DNA of 64,000 bases from an uncultured Acidobacteriota bacterium (GTDB lineage: Bacteria; Acidobacteriota; UBA6911): NCBI GenBank assembly GCA_963809485.1, contig CAWEJX010000001.1, forward strand, positions 256,001 to 320,000, written 5' to 3'. Positions 30,883 to 42,356 of this stretch are shown here, piece by piece. Within the stretch, counting starts at the first letter, position 1. Every line of letters starts with the position of its first letter. The notes beneath the pieces are model-generated. The model was not told the DNA's origin. It did no database searches and saw only the letters and a list, made by a program, of their open reading frames with translations. Both the position numbers and the translations under genes were made by a program.

Positions 30883-31470
30883 CTACGGATTCTTCCGCAC
30901 ACTCTCCTTGGCTGAATCTATGGGAACAATCGGCCGAGGCTCCGCATGGACCGATAGCCTGGATATGAACTGCTCGAGCTCCTGGACGAGCCGGCTGCAT
31001 TCCAGCTCTTTCTCCTTCAGAATCAGCTCCCGCCGGGTAAATTCCTTCTCCAACGTCTCCAGTTTCAGCCGGTTTTCCGCTTCAAGCGCTCTCAGCTCTT
31101 CAGCAAGTGTCCGCTTTGCCTGCTGCTGTTCGACCGCCCATTTCTGCCTGTACTCCTCTTCCTCCCGCTGCCGCCGGAGCCTGAGATTCTCCTGGTAATC
31201 CCTGTCCTCCTGAGCCCGCCGTCTTTTTTCCTCCTCCCAGTGATTATGCTGGTTTTCCATAAGGCTCTCAAAGCGCTCTTGCTGCAGCCGCTGATCCTCC
31301 TTGAGCTGTTCCACAGCCTCCTTGATTTTGCGGGACAAATTCGAAAGCGTTTCCATCATTTCAGCGCTCAGGCGCAGAAAACGATCCAGGTTGAGGGAAA
31401 TATTTTCAGAGTCCATGAGTAGCTCCGGCATGCCCGGCAAGGGAGCCGCCCGCATCCTCCACAAGGCCAA
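30883..31470 (-). CDS. Coiled-coil hypothetical protein
   Basis: Long E/Q/R/K-rich helical ORF; start uncertain (31431 or 31416 possible). Confidence 0.65.
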   Translation of the reverse strand: MALWRMRAAPLPGMPELLMDSENISLNLDRFLRLSAEMMETLSNLSRKIKEAVEQLKEDQRLQQERFESLMENQHNHWEEEKRRRAQEDRDYQENLRLRRQREEEEYRQKWAVEQQQAKRTLAEELRALEAENRLKLETLEKEFTRRELILKEKELECSRLVQELEQFISRLSVHAEPRPIVPIDSAKESVRKNP

Positions 31471-31492
31471 TTCCTTGCCGAAAGGTACTTGA

Positions 31493-33622
<2,130 letters not shown>

Positions 33623-33676
33623 CTTGTGATCAGCATCGCCCGGCATGGTTTTGACTAAACCGTGGAGATTGAAAAG

Positions 33677-34057
33677 ATGATTATCAACTGGAAACGCATC
33701 GTGATTGCCGGCATCTGGTCGGAGTTTCTGCTTCTCGCTATATACATGCCGGCCAAGATATATGCGGTTCCGGCTTTTCCTGCCATCGCAATTTTGGCCA
33801 TGCTCGGATCGATGTTTCTGGGTGGGCTGTGGGCTGTGCGAAAGATTGATTCACGGTTCCTGCTGCATGGGGTCCTTGTCGGGATCATCGCCAATGTTGT
33901 GTTTTATGTTCCGCTTTTCACTTTGGTCCCGATCTTTTGGCCCAATGAATCCATCGGAGGACTACTCGAGCATATCTTTGCCGCGGCCATCAAGATACTC
34001 GGAGCCGCGATAGGAAGCTATGTGGGCGGGAGACTCTGGAAAAAATCCGCCGAGTGA
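33677..34057 (+). CDS. Small integral membrane protein (about 4 TM helices)
   Basis: Hydrophobic helices with LHGVLVG; GGAG upstream of ATG 33677. Confidence 0.65.
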   Translation: MIINWKRIVIAGIWSEFLLLAIYMPAKIYAVPAFPAIAILAMLGSMFLGGLWAVRKIDSRFLLHGVLVGIIANVVFYVPLFTLVPIFWPNESIGGLLEHIFAAAIKILGAAIGSYVGGRLWKKSAE

Positions 34058-34090
34058 TTACCTCCGGCTGAGCGAGAAAATCCTCACGCC

Positions 34091-34453
34091 GCTCCAGCTT
34101 CCCCCTGCGCCGCGGGCCCCACCTGCACGCCGAAGTCCTGCCTGTGCGTGCGCCCGGCTATCAGGTTAAAACCCGTCAACCGCGCCGATCCCACGTTGCT
34201 GTTGTGAACGAGCCAAAGCCCCAGGGCTACTCGGAATCCGAGCATTGCCGGAAGCATGCCGTACGGTGTGCCGGAGTCCGTCCCAAGCTGCTCGCCGTCT
34301 CGTTCGGCATCCCTCCGGTGCCGGAGAAGATGGTCGACAGCATCCCCCAGCTGGCCACAGTTCCTGCAATCAGCGTGCGCGGCCCCCAGTTCTGGGTGAT
34401 CGTGAACAACGCCCCGTTGGCCGGCGATACGTTCTCCGTGTTGTAGTAGATCG
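34091..34453 (-). pseudogene. Possible frameshifted 3' gene fragment
   Basis: GC-rich, coding-like segment reading TIYYNTENVSPANG...SGTGGMPNET, then in another frame GTDSGTPYGMLPAMLGF...VHNSNVGSARLTGFNLIAGRTHRQDFGVQVGP. No start codon or RBS. Confidence 0.3.
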
Positions 34454-34484
34454 TCTAGGGCGCGCCATCGAAGTATTGACCGCC

Positions 34485-34533
34485 AAAAACAAAAACAGCC
34501 GCAGATTGGACTCTTTCTGCAATCTGCGGCTGT
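34485..34533 (-). terminator. Intrinsic terminator downstream of the response-regulator gene
   Basis: Perfect 14-bp stem ACAGCCGCAGATTG/CAATCTGCGGCTGT, followed on the minus strand by TTTTGTTTTT. Confidence 0.75.
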
Positions 34534-34557
34534 ACCCGAACTCGTTGCGATGATGTA

Positions 34558-35367
34558 CTAGGCGGCTTCAACTCCCAGAACACGGCTTGTAACGCTGTAC
34601 AGCTCCGCCGGAGTAAAGGGTTTGGGCATGTAATCGCTCGCGCCTTTCTGTATTGCTTCCTCGGCTGTCTCAATCGATCCATATCCTGTTACGATCACGA
34701 CGCGCAAGCCAGGTTTCTTGGCCTTGATTCTTTGCAGGACATCCATGCCGTTCCCATCCGTCATTTTCAGATCCAGAAGCACAAGATCGTAATTCTGTGC
34801 GAAAACCCGGGTCAGGGCGTCCTTGCAGGTAAATGCCTCCTCCACTGCAAAACCTTTTCTTGAGAGGATTTTCCGGATGCTGTTGGCAACAACGGCTTCA
34901 TCGTCAACGACCAGAACCCTGTTTGGAGCCGGAGCATATTGACCCCAGTGGCCAACCACCGGCATATCGGAAGGGCCAAGCGCCGCAACATAGGCCTCAC
35001 TGGTCAGTGCAGCAACTTCAGAGGCGCTGAAAGGCATATCGACATCGATCGGATCAAACACATATTCTGTTGCAACCGCAGCCCGACCTTTCTTGTTTTC
35101 GGCAGTGACTATCGGGCATTCCTCCTGCTGGCAAACCCCCTTCTTCACGAATTTTTTGCATGAACGCTGGCCCAGAGAGCAGTAATCCTCCGCAGGAATT
35201 GGCCTGGCTGCAATAATTGGGACATCAGACCGCGTCAGGTTCCGGACATAGGCTGCAGAGGTCGCCTTTTCCACCTCTTCAGCATCAAACGGCATATCAA
35301 CGTCAATCGTCCTGGATTCCGTTCCAGCCACCGCGAGTTCTTCGGTTTTTGACTGTTTCTGTTACAT
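34558..35367 (-). CDS. Response regulator receiver protein with a duplicated N-terminal repeat; possible nonsense codon at position 2
   Basis: C-terminal REC domain (VLVVDDE, LLDLKM, VTGY, KPF) and two IDVDMPF..EV...TS.AYV..L..SD.P repeats. GGAGG-8 nt-ATG TAA is in frame, 36 nt upstream of the GTG at 35331. Confidence 0.8.
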
Positions 35368-35429
35368 TGCTTTTTCCTCCCGAGATCCTTTGTATTTATT
35401 TATTGCTTCGTTCATAACACCCTCGATAA

Positions 35430-35446
35430 TGCACATTGCGTGCCAG
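35430..35446 (-). promoter_or_regulatory. Sigma54 (-24/-12) promoter candidate
   Basis: Minus strand CTGGCACGCAATGTGCA versus consensus TGGCAC-N5-TTGCA; AT-rich region upstream. Confidence 0.65.
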
Positions 35447-35970
35447 ATTTCTTGGTTTGCGCCCCGCGAATGGTAACTGCTTAAAAATCAATGAATTGCC
35501 TAAATAAGAATAAGTGTTGATTTGTTTTCTGGTGCATATGATTGATATACGTCAAACGCAGGCAACTGCCGAAACTTAAGGAGCGATTGATATGTTTTGT
35601 TGCAATTAAAGAACTTGCAAGGTGCGTATATTTTGTATTCGCCATTTTGGGGCAGATTATGCGGCTGGATATGCGGCCGTTTCCTCGGTCGGTCGCGGCA
35701 GCAACCCGATGCTGCATTATGCCGAGCGATAGGGATGGCGGGGTAAAAAGGTGCAAAGCCGGTGGCTTGAAGACAGACCGCTCAAAGTGATTGGATCAGC
35801 TCCACTCGCTGTGGCCGCTGACATACGACGGCAAGAGCAGGTCCTGTTCGGCAGACGCGATCTTCCCTGATCAATTTCCAGTTTGGTTTCGCGATTCCAG
35901 TAGCTGATAAATTCGCTCTATCGCCAATATGTCAGCACCAGGGCCTTCTATTTCGGGGTAATTCTTCTTG

Positions 35971-35999
35971 TGATCGGTTAAGTCTGCATTATGTAAACT
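35971..35999 (+). other. dif-like (XerC/XerD) site candidate
   Basis: TGATCGGTTAA-GTCTGCA-TTATGTAAACT: good XerD-like arm, 7-bp spacer, degenerate XerC arm. Confidence 0.35.
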
Positions 36000-36206
36000 T
36001 CGGGGCCAAAAATTGCTCCCTTTATCGAATTCGGTGGCATCCTAACCTGAAATTAGGGCTTTTGAAAGGGATTTTGGGCCCATCGGCGCGCACCCGCGCA
36101 CCCTATAGACAGGCACGGATCTTCGCGGCAGAGCCAGGCGACCAACTCCCGGTTCCCGGCTGCAGGAGAGAAATTTCCTTTCTGCAGAGTTCATTGGCAC
36201 GCGGAT

Positions 36207-36998
36207 TCAGTCCGGCGTTTGCATTGTTTGCATTCCCAATCCACTGAACAAATCTGAGATGCCCACCGCTAAACCCGCGAATATCATCGACTCGGCAGTG
36301 TTTCCCCCTTCGAAGGTACGATATTTGTCGATCTCACAATCCTCAAAGCTGTAAACCATGATATTTGCCTGCCGCGGATCGGCGATCCAGTACTCCCGCA
36401 CGCCCGAGAGCCTGTAGGTATTCAGCTTGTCGATCATGTCTTTGCTCCGCGTGCCATCCGAAAGGATCTCCAGGACCAGCGAGGGAGTGCCCATATAGCG
36501 CCCCTTTTCCGTGACATTGTTCGCCAGATCGCATACGACCAGCAAATCCGGCTGCATGACGTCGGTTTCCTTGATCTCCCGCTTGCGAAAATGCACGTCG
36601 AAAGGAGCGAAGTACACGCGGCACGGTTTGCCCTGAAAGTATTTGTTGAAGATTAGATGCAGCCTGCCGAGGATTTCCTGATGCCAGAGATCCGGCGAAG
36701 CCAGCAGGTGGATCTCCCCATTGATGAACTCCATGCGCAGGGTGCTTTTCTCGTATATCTGCATGAATTCTTCGTAGGACACTTTCTTGCCGCCATATTG
36801 ATAATCCAGCGCCCTTTCCCTGACCAGGAAGTACTGCTCGATGTCCGTCACATAAGGAGTCATCCTGGCGATTTTTCCGCCGTTCTTGGTGATGACCACG
36901 TCGTTTTTTCCTTCCACCAGGTCGAGGTACTTTCCAAGATTCTGCTTCAGTTCGGTCGCGCTGATCACAACGCCTTCCCGATATTTAGTGGATACCAT
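36207..36998 (-). CDS. Phd/YefM antitoxin domain fused to a Uma2-family PD-(D/E)xK endonuclease domain
   Basis: ISATELKQNLGKYLD..VVITKNGG (Phd); EFINGEI..ASP...HQ, APFDV, QPDLLVVC, LVLEILS, D...KLNTY...GVREYWIADP (Uma2). GGAGG RBS before ATG 36998. Confidence 0.9.
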   Translation of the reverse strand: MVSTKYREGVVISATELKQNLGKYLDLVEGKNDVVITKNGGKIARMTPYVTDIEQYFLVRERALDYQYGGKKVSYEEFMQIYEKSTLRMEFINGEIHLLASPDLWHQEILGRLHLIFNKYFQGKPCRVYFAPFDVHFRKREIKETDVMQPDLLVVCDLANNVTEKGRYMGTPSLVLEILSDGTRSKDMIDKLNTYRLSGVREYWIADPRQANIMVYSFEDCEIDKYRTFEGGNTAESMIFAGLAVGISDLFSGLGMQTMQTPD

Positions 36999-37429
36999 GC
37001 TGATTACCTCCATGTTTCAGAGCGCCGTCATGTACGAATATTGCCACATTGTCGTGCGACTGGCCAGGCAATTATGTTCGATTTAGGCAGCTCTGTCGAT
37101 CGGTATTTTTTATGACTTTTTCGCGCTCCCGCTGACAGTTGGATTCATGGAGAGAGGCTTTTGCTATTTTCCGTGGCTGTTTTGCTTTGTTGCGGCTTCG
37201 CTGCTCCGGGCTATTCGGGGCAACATGCCCTTTCAGGCGCATACCGGCCCGCCGGAACAGCGGTCGTTCCGGTATCCGGGCCCAGACGCAGGGGCAAAAT
37301 GCAAAAAGTCTTTCTACCTCCGATCAAATATCATTTAATGTAATAATCCGGCGCAGGAATCGAATTGTGAGAATTCAGCGCTGACGGCGGCTCACTGACG
37401 CATAGTCTGATAACCAGAGGAGGTGTTCC

Positions 37430-37551
37430 CGAAATCCGGCCTTCAGCCCCTTTCCCCTCCTGCGCTTCACGGCTGGTATGGTGTCGTGCCTTCGGCGCTC
37501 AGCGCTCCGTTCGCGGGTACCGGAGGGCCGAAGGCCCGCCTCATATTAGCC
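37430..37551. repeat. Cluster of REP-like palindromic units forming an inverted pair
   Basis: GGCTGGTATG..GCCTTCGGCGCTC (37471-37500) is the imperfect inverse of GAGGGCCGAAGGCCCG..CATATTAGCC (37523-37551). A third partial unit CCGGCCTTCAGCCCCT is near 37436. Confidence 0.5.
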
Positions 37552-37754
37552 TCCAACACGCTGGATGCCGTGTCCTCGCCGGAAGCACCACTCCCGCAGC
37601 ATCGTCGTGCCCATGCCGGGATTGCCGTCGCCCTGAGTTCTTCCGGCAGGTGAATCGTGGAGCAGGTCCCAGGTTTCTTATAGGCGCTGCGGGGCGGTTA
37701 CCGTGTATAATATTTCCTATTCCTAAATATGTTTTCCGAGGGAGGCGTTCAAGC

Positions 37755-38696
37755 ATGAATAATGACTGGGAATATAATCATTCAGGCGTTTTTACCAGAA
37801 ATTTTTGGGAGACAGTTCAGTATTACAAAGATCTGGGGATAGCTGCCGACATTTCTTTGGCGGGACCAGCCCTGGATCCGACAGTGAACGCGGAGATCAT
37901 CGAATTCGATGTTGTCCCCGTGTTTGACATTCCCGAAGGTGAACCTTTCCTTTACCTTTTATATTTCGGCGATTTCGAGATGGAAGTGCTCCATGCCGAA
38001 AATTCCATTCCTCGCGGTGAAATGCTGGCCTACCGGGAAGGTTGCAACCATATCTGCATCAGCGTACCTGACATCAATGCCGAGACAGAAAAACTGGTCA
38101 ACAAGGGCATGCGCGTTATCCAGGACCTCCGTGTGAAGGGTGAGCGCCTGGAGGATTATCTGGATACCCGTGAATCCGGCCACATCCTTCTGTCGCTCAG
38201 GTCTCCCATGAGCGAGGATACGAAAAAGAGGAAAGCCGCTGCCGGCATAGTTCCCTGGAAATTTATCGGTCACACCGCGATAGTCAAAGACCTGGACAAA
38301 ACGGTCAAATTCTATGACTACCTGGAGATCGCCGACTTTCTGCCTGAGAGACAATTCGATACCGGGAAAATGTCCAACGTCCGGATATACGGCAGATCCC
38401 CCAAGGCCGAAGTACAGGCCAGGACGAGGAGATGCCGGATAGGAGATCGATTAATCCTGGAACTGGTTGAGCCGGGTCGATCCGACTTCATCTACAGAGA
38501 GACTCTATACCGCCGGGGAGAAGGGATCATGGACATCATGTTTTCGGTGAAAGACTTGAAGCAGGAAACGGCCAGGTTGACCGAAAAGGGCGTGCCCATG
38601 ATTTTCTGCGGACGGCCTCAGGACGGCGGCGCGTTCGCGGTCTTCGATACCCGGACAAAGGGCGGAGATATCCTGATCAAGCTTATCGAGGAATAA
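37755..38696 (+). CDS. Tandem VOC (glyoxalase / methylmalonyl-CoA epimerase-like) protein
   Basis: Two VOC modules: YNHSGV..ETVQYY..MEVL..EGCNHICISVPD and GHTAIVKDLDKTVKFY..LELVEP..GEGIMDIMFSV. GGAGG RBS. Confidence 0.8.
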   Translation: MNNDWEYNHSGVFTRNFWETVQYYKDLGIAADISLAGPALDPTVNAEIIEFDVVPVFDIPEGEPFLYLLYFGDFEMEVLHAENSIPRGEMLAYREGCNHICISVPDINAETEKLVNKGMRVIQDLRVKGERLEDYLDTRESGHILLSLRSPMSEDTKKRKAAAGIVPWKFIGHTAIVKDLDKTVKFYDYLEIADFLPERQFDTGKMSNVRIYGRSPKAEVQARTRRCRIGDRLILELVEPGRSDFIYRETLYRRGEGIMDIMFSVKDLKQETARLTEKGVPMIFCGRPQDGGAFAVFDTRTKGGDILIKLIEE

Positions 38697-38731
38697 TAGC
38701 GAGCAGGCAATGTATCGGACCGATGCGCCAT

Positions 38732-39580
38732 TCAGTGCATGAAGAAATTCAAGGCATTTATAAGATAATCGCGCATCTCGCGCCGATCGACGATGGCGTC
38801 AAGCATCCCGTGGTGCAACAGGAATTCGGAACGCTGAAAATCTTTGGGAAGCTTTTGACGTATGGTCTGTTCGATAACCCTGGGACCGGCAAATCCGATC
38901 AGAGCACCCGGCTCGGCGATTATCAAGTCTCCGAGCATCGCATAGCTCGCAGTAACGCCCCCCGTCGTGGGGTCCGTCAATATAGAGACAAAGGGTACGC
39001 CTGATTCATCCAGACGGGCGAGTGCGGCGCTGATTTTTCCCATCTGCATGAGAGACAAGGCCCCTTCGTGCATGCGCGCCCCGCCCGACGCAGACACGAT
39101 AATTAGGGGCAGTTTCCCCCGCGTGGACCTTTCGACAGCCAGGGTGATCATTTCACCGACCACCGAGCCCATGGAACCCCCTATGAAACTGTACTCCATC
39201 GCCGAGATCTGGATATCCCTGCCTCCGAGCGCCCCCCTGGCATTTACCACAGCGTCGTTCAGGCCGGTGGCGCTCCGCGCTGCGGCAAGCTTCTTCGAGT
39301 AAGGTTCCCTGTCGACGAATTTCAGGGGATCCGTTGAAAAAAGGTTGTTATCCAGGGCCTCGTATGTGCCGCTGTCAAACAACATCTGCAGCCGCTCCGA
39401 TGCGTTGATCCTGAAATGATATCCGCACTTCGGACATACTTTCCCGTTGGCATCAAGGTCTTTTTTATATATGAAAGCGCGGCAGCCTTCACATTTGGTA
39501 AACAGGCCCTCCGTCCGGACGGTTCTTTCTTCGTCCCTGGTGTTGGCGATCGGATTCCTCTCTTTTTTAAACCAGCTCAT
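38732..39580 (-). CDS. accD: Acetyl-CoA carboxylase carboxyltransferase beta subunit
   Basis: C4 Zn ribbon, FIGGSMGSVVGE, SGGARMHEG, DPTTGGVTAS and GFAGPRVIEQT. Confidence 0.98.
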   Translation of the reverse strand: MSWFKKERNPIANTRDEERTVRTEGLFTKCEGCRAFIYKKDLDANGKVCPKCGYHFRINASERLQMLFDSGTYEALDNNLFSTDPLKFVDREPYSKKLAAARSATGLNDAVVNARGALGGRDIQISAMEYSFIGGSMGSVVGEMITLAVERSTRGKLPLIIVSASGGARMHEGALSLMQMGKISAALARLDESGVPFVSILTDPTTGGVTASYAMLGDLIIAEPGALIGFAGPRVIEQTIRQKLPKDFQRSEFLLHHGMLDAIVDRREMRDYLINALNFFMH

Positions 39581-39827
39581 AGACTAATATCATAGCGCAT
39601 AATGAAGCTGCTGTGAGCCAAGTTTCTCCTTAGGGGGTCCAGCAGACAATCGTGCTGTTTCGAGACCTGGGCGCGCGGCGCATACTATCTCTGATCCGGC
39701 CCGCGAATGAGCGAATCGTATCAGGTGTTCGGATCAAACTAGCCGCGAAGGGTTTTGGAAGGCCTGAAGCCTAAAACCCGTTTGCATTTGGGGGAGAATG
39801 TCCGCAATATAGCCCTTTGGGATATCG

Positions 39828-40976
39828 ATGATTATTGCAGTCGATGAGGATTTGCCATATCGGGAGGAGGCTTTTGGGGGGCTGGGGGAAATATGCCTTT
39901 TCCCGGGAAGAGCTTTGCGACCCGAGGCAATCCGCCATGCCGACGCTTTGATTGTCCGCTCGGTAACGCGGGTTGATGCGTCGCTGCTGGAGCGGAGTTC
40001 AGTTCGCTTTGTCGCGGGCGCCAGTGCCGGGACTGACAATATCGACCGGAAATATCTGGACGATCGAGGAATCCGCTTCAGCTATGCCGCTGGGTGCAAT
40101 GCGGATGCGGTAGCCGAATATGTAATTACGGCACTTCATATAGCCGCATCCCGTCGCCGATGGGACCTGGCAGCCAAATCCCTGGCCGTTGTAGGCGTTG
40201 GCAATGTAGGGTCGCGGGTGGCGAAAAAGGCTGGCGCTCTTGGAATGAGGGTATTCTTATGTGATCCGCCTTTGCATGACCTGACGGGAGATGCACGATA
40301 TCTGCCCTTCGAAGATATCCTCGGCGCGGACATATTGACGTTCCATGTTCCGCTTGTCTTGGAAGGCCCCTATCCGACCTGGCACATGATGGATGACAGA
40401 CGGCTGAAGCTTCTGTCGCCGGATCAATATCTAATCAATTCCGCCCGAGGTCCGGTGTTCGGCAATCAGGATCTGAAATCGGCGCTTCAAAAAGGAAGGA
40501 TCGGAGGAGCCGTATTAGACGTTTGGGAGGTGGAACCCAAAGTAGACTACTCGCTGCTGGACCTTGTCGATATCGGCACCCCTCATATAGCCGGCACTGC
40601 CCTGGACGGAAAGATTCGGGCTACGGAAATGGTTCGCAATGAGTTTTGCGCGTTTTTCGGCATTCAATCTGCCTGGGACACTGCCTCGCTGTATCCTGCA
40701 AAAAGGACTGTCCGTCCGGCAGAGAAGACGAGGGGACTGGATGCGATTCTGTCCGTTCTCCTTCAGGCCTCCAATATAATGAATTACGATGCCGGGCTTC
40801 GGGAGCTCAAGTCTGCTCCCGCCGAACAGGCTGCTGCTCGATTTGATAGAATGCGCAGCGAAGTTTCGCCGCGTCCTGAATTTCGGCATTTTTTCGTGAA
40901 CCTCTCCGGCGGGAGTGCGGATCTAGCCGGAAAATTCACCGCCATGGGATTCAAGGCGGATGCAGAAAGGCCATGA
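39828..40976 (+). CDS. pdxB: 4-phosphoerythronate dehydrogenase
   Basis: ALIVRSVTRV, GCNADAVAEYV, GVGNVG, CDPP, FHVPL, INSARG, LDVWE and TPHIAG. Confidence 0.92.
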   Translation: MIIAVDEDLPYREEAFGGLGEICLFPGRALRPEAIRHADALIVRSVTRVDASLLERSSVRFVAGASAGTDNIDRKYLDDRGIRFSYAAGCNADAVAEYVITALHIAASRRRWDLAAKSLAVVGVGNVGSRVAKKAGALGMRVFLCDPPLHDLTGDARYLPFEDILGADILTFHVPLVLEGPYPTWHMMDDRRLKLLSPDQYLINSARGPVFGNQDLKSALQKGRIGGAVLDVWEVEPKVDYSLLDLVDIGTPHIAGTALDGKIRATEMVRNEFCAFFGIQSAWDTASLYPAKRTVRPAEKTRGLDAILSVLLQASNIMNYDAGLRELKSAPAEQAAARFDRMRSEVSPRPEFRHFFVNLSGGSADLAGKFTAMGFKADAERP

Positions 40977-41138
40977 CCGGCCGCAAGAAAGCGCCGTATC
41001 TGCCGACAAACTGTGCCGACAGGCGGCTGTGTTGGTTTTGAATTCGGTACAGGCGTCCCGAAAGGCCTAGGAACACCTGAATCGGAGGGAATGATCAGGA
41101 TGCCGCTCGGGCAGATGGCTGATAAAGCAATATATGCA

Positions 41139-42299
41139 ATGAATTGGATCTTCCTGATACCGGTCCTATGCGGCTCGGTTTATGCAATCCTTTGTGTCGC
41201 CGCAGTTGCCTGGCTTCGGACGCGTCCGGCGGGCCCTGCCGAAGCAGCTGCCGGCCCCTGGCCCCCTGTGACGGTCCTGAAACCCGTCCACGGACTTGAA
41301 AAAAATCAGCGGGAAAATCTACGAAGCACGTGCCTTCAAAACTATCCCGAATACCAGGTTGTGTTTTCCGTCCAGAGCCCTGATGATGCCGCGATTCCTC
41401 TGCTGAAGGAGATTCAGAAGGAATTCGGATCCGCCTGCGTAACGGTTGCAATCGAGGATTGCCGGAAAGGCACCAACGGCAAGATTAACAATATGATCGG
41501 GGGAATGCGGCATGCACGGCATGATCTGTTGGTCATAAGCGACAGCGACGTGCTTCTGAAAAGCGACTATCTGAAAACCATCGTTCAGCCTCTGAATGAT
41601 CCCGGTGTGGGTTGTGCCTGTACTCTATACAAGGCCGCGGGCGCGAAAACGTGGTTTGAAAAAATGGAGCTGTTGACGCTCAATGCGGATTTTATGGCAA
41701 ACGTGCTTTTTGCCTATGTAACCGGCGCATCAAAATTCTGCCTGGGCGCTTCCGCTGCTCTATACCGTTCAACACTCGATCGCATTGGAGGCCTCGAAGC
41801 CCTGTCCGATTATCTGGTTGAGGATTACGAAATGGGAAGGCGAATCTGGACGCTGGGCCGGAAGATCGCAATTATTCCCTATTTTGTGGATACCATTGTG
41901 GATCTTAAAACGCCTTCCCAATGGTGGAACCACCAGGTTTACTGGGATCAGAATACCCGCGCGGCCCGCCCTATTGCATTCTTTGCCACAGCCGTGATAC
42001 GCGCCGTGCCATTTGCGCTCCTTTACGCCGCCGTCCGGTTGGGGGATATCCTCGGATTGGCAACCCTGGCCGGAGCCTGTTTGTTGCGGATAGCAAGCGC
42101 AGCCGTAATCCTGGGTTGGGGATTGCGCGACCGCGAAGGCTTGCGCAGCCTCTGGCTGCTTCTATTCCGGGATGTCGCTTCCCTGGCTACCTGGCTGCTG
42201 GCTTTTCTTAAACGGACGACTGTGTGGCGCGGGACCAGCTTTGTCCTCACGCGGGACGGGCGACTTGTAGCGCAAGAACCCATTCCTGCTGATAAATAG
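41139..42299 (+). CDS. hpnI: GT2/GT21 glycosyltransferase, HpnI / ceramide glucosyltransferase-like
   Basis: PPVTVLKPVHG, QNYPEYQVVF, NGKINN, VISDSD and LVEDYEMG; next to hpnK. Start uncertain. Confidence 0.75.
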   Translation: MNWIFLIPVLCGSVYAILCVAAVAWLRTRPAGPAEAAAGPWPPVTVLKPVHGLEKNQRENLRSTCLQNYPEYQVVFSVQSPDDAAIPLLKEIQKEFGSACVTVAIEDCRKGTNGKINNMIGGMRHARHDLLVISDSDVLLKSDYLKTIVQPLNDPGVGCACTLYKAAGAKTWFEKMELLTLNADFMANVLFAYVTGASKFCLGASAALYRSTLDRIGGLEALSDYLVEDYEMGRRIWTLGRKIAIIPYFVDTIVDLKTPSQWWNHQVYWDQNTRAARPIAFFATAVIRAVPFALLYAAVRLGDILGLATLAGACLLRIASAAVILGWGLRDREGLRSLWLLLFRDVASLATWLLAFLKRTTVWRGTSFVLTRDGRLVAQEPIPADK

Positions 42300-42356
42300 C
42301 GTCGAACGAAGCGGGAAACAGGCATCCGCTTTTTCTTCTCAACGCGAAAGGTCGCA

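Noticed and set aside
35860-36042. Minus-strand open stretch (...HNADLTDHKKNYPEIEGPGADILAIERIYQLLESRNQTGN*)
   Set aside because: No in-frame start or RBS and no recognisable family; it may be a gene remnant but cannot be supported.
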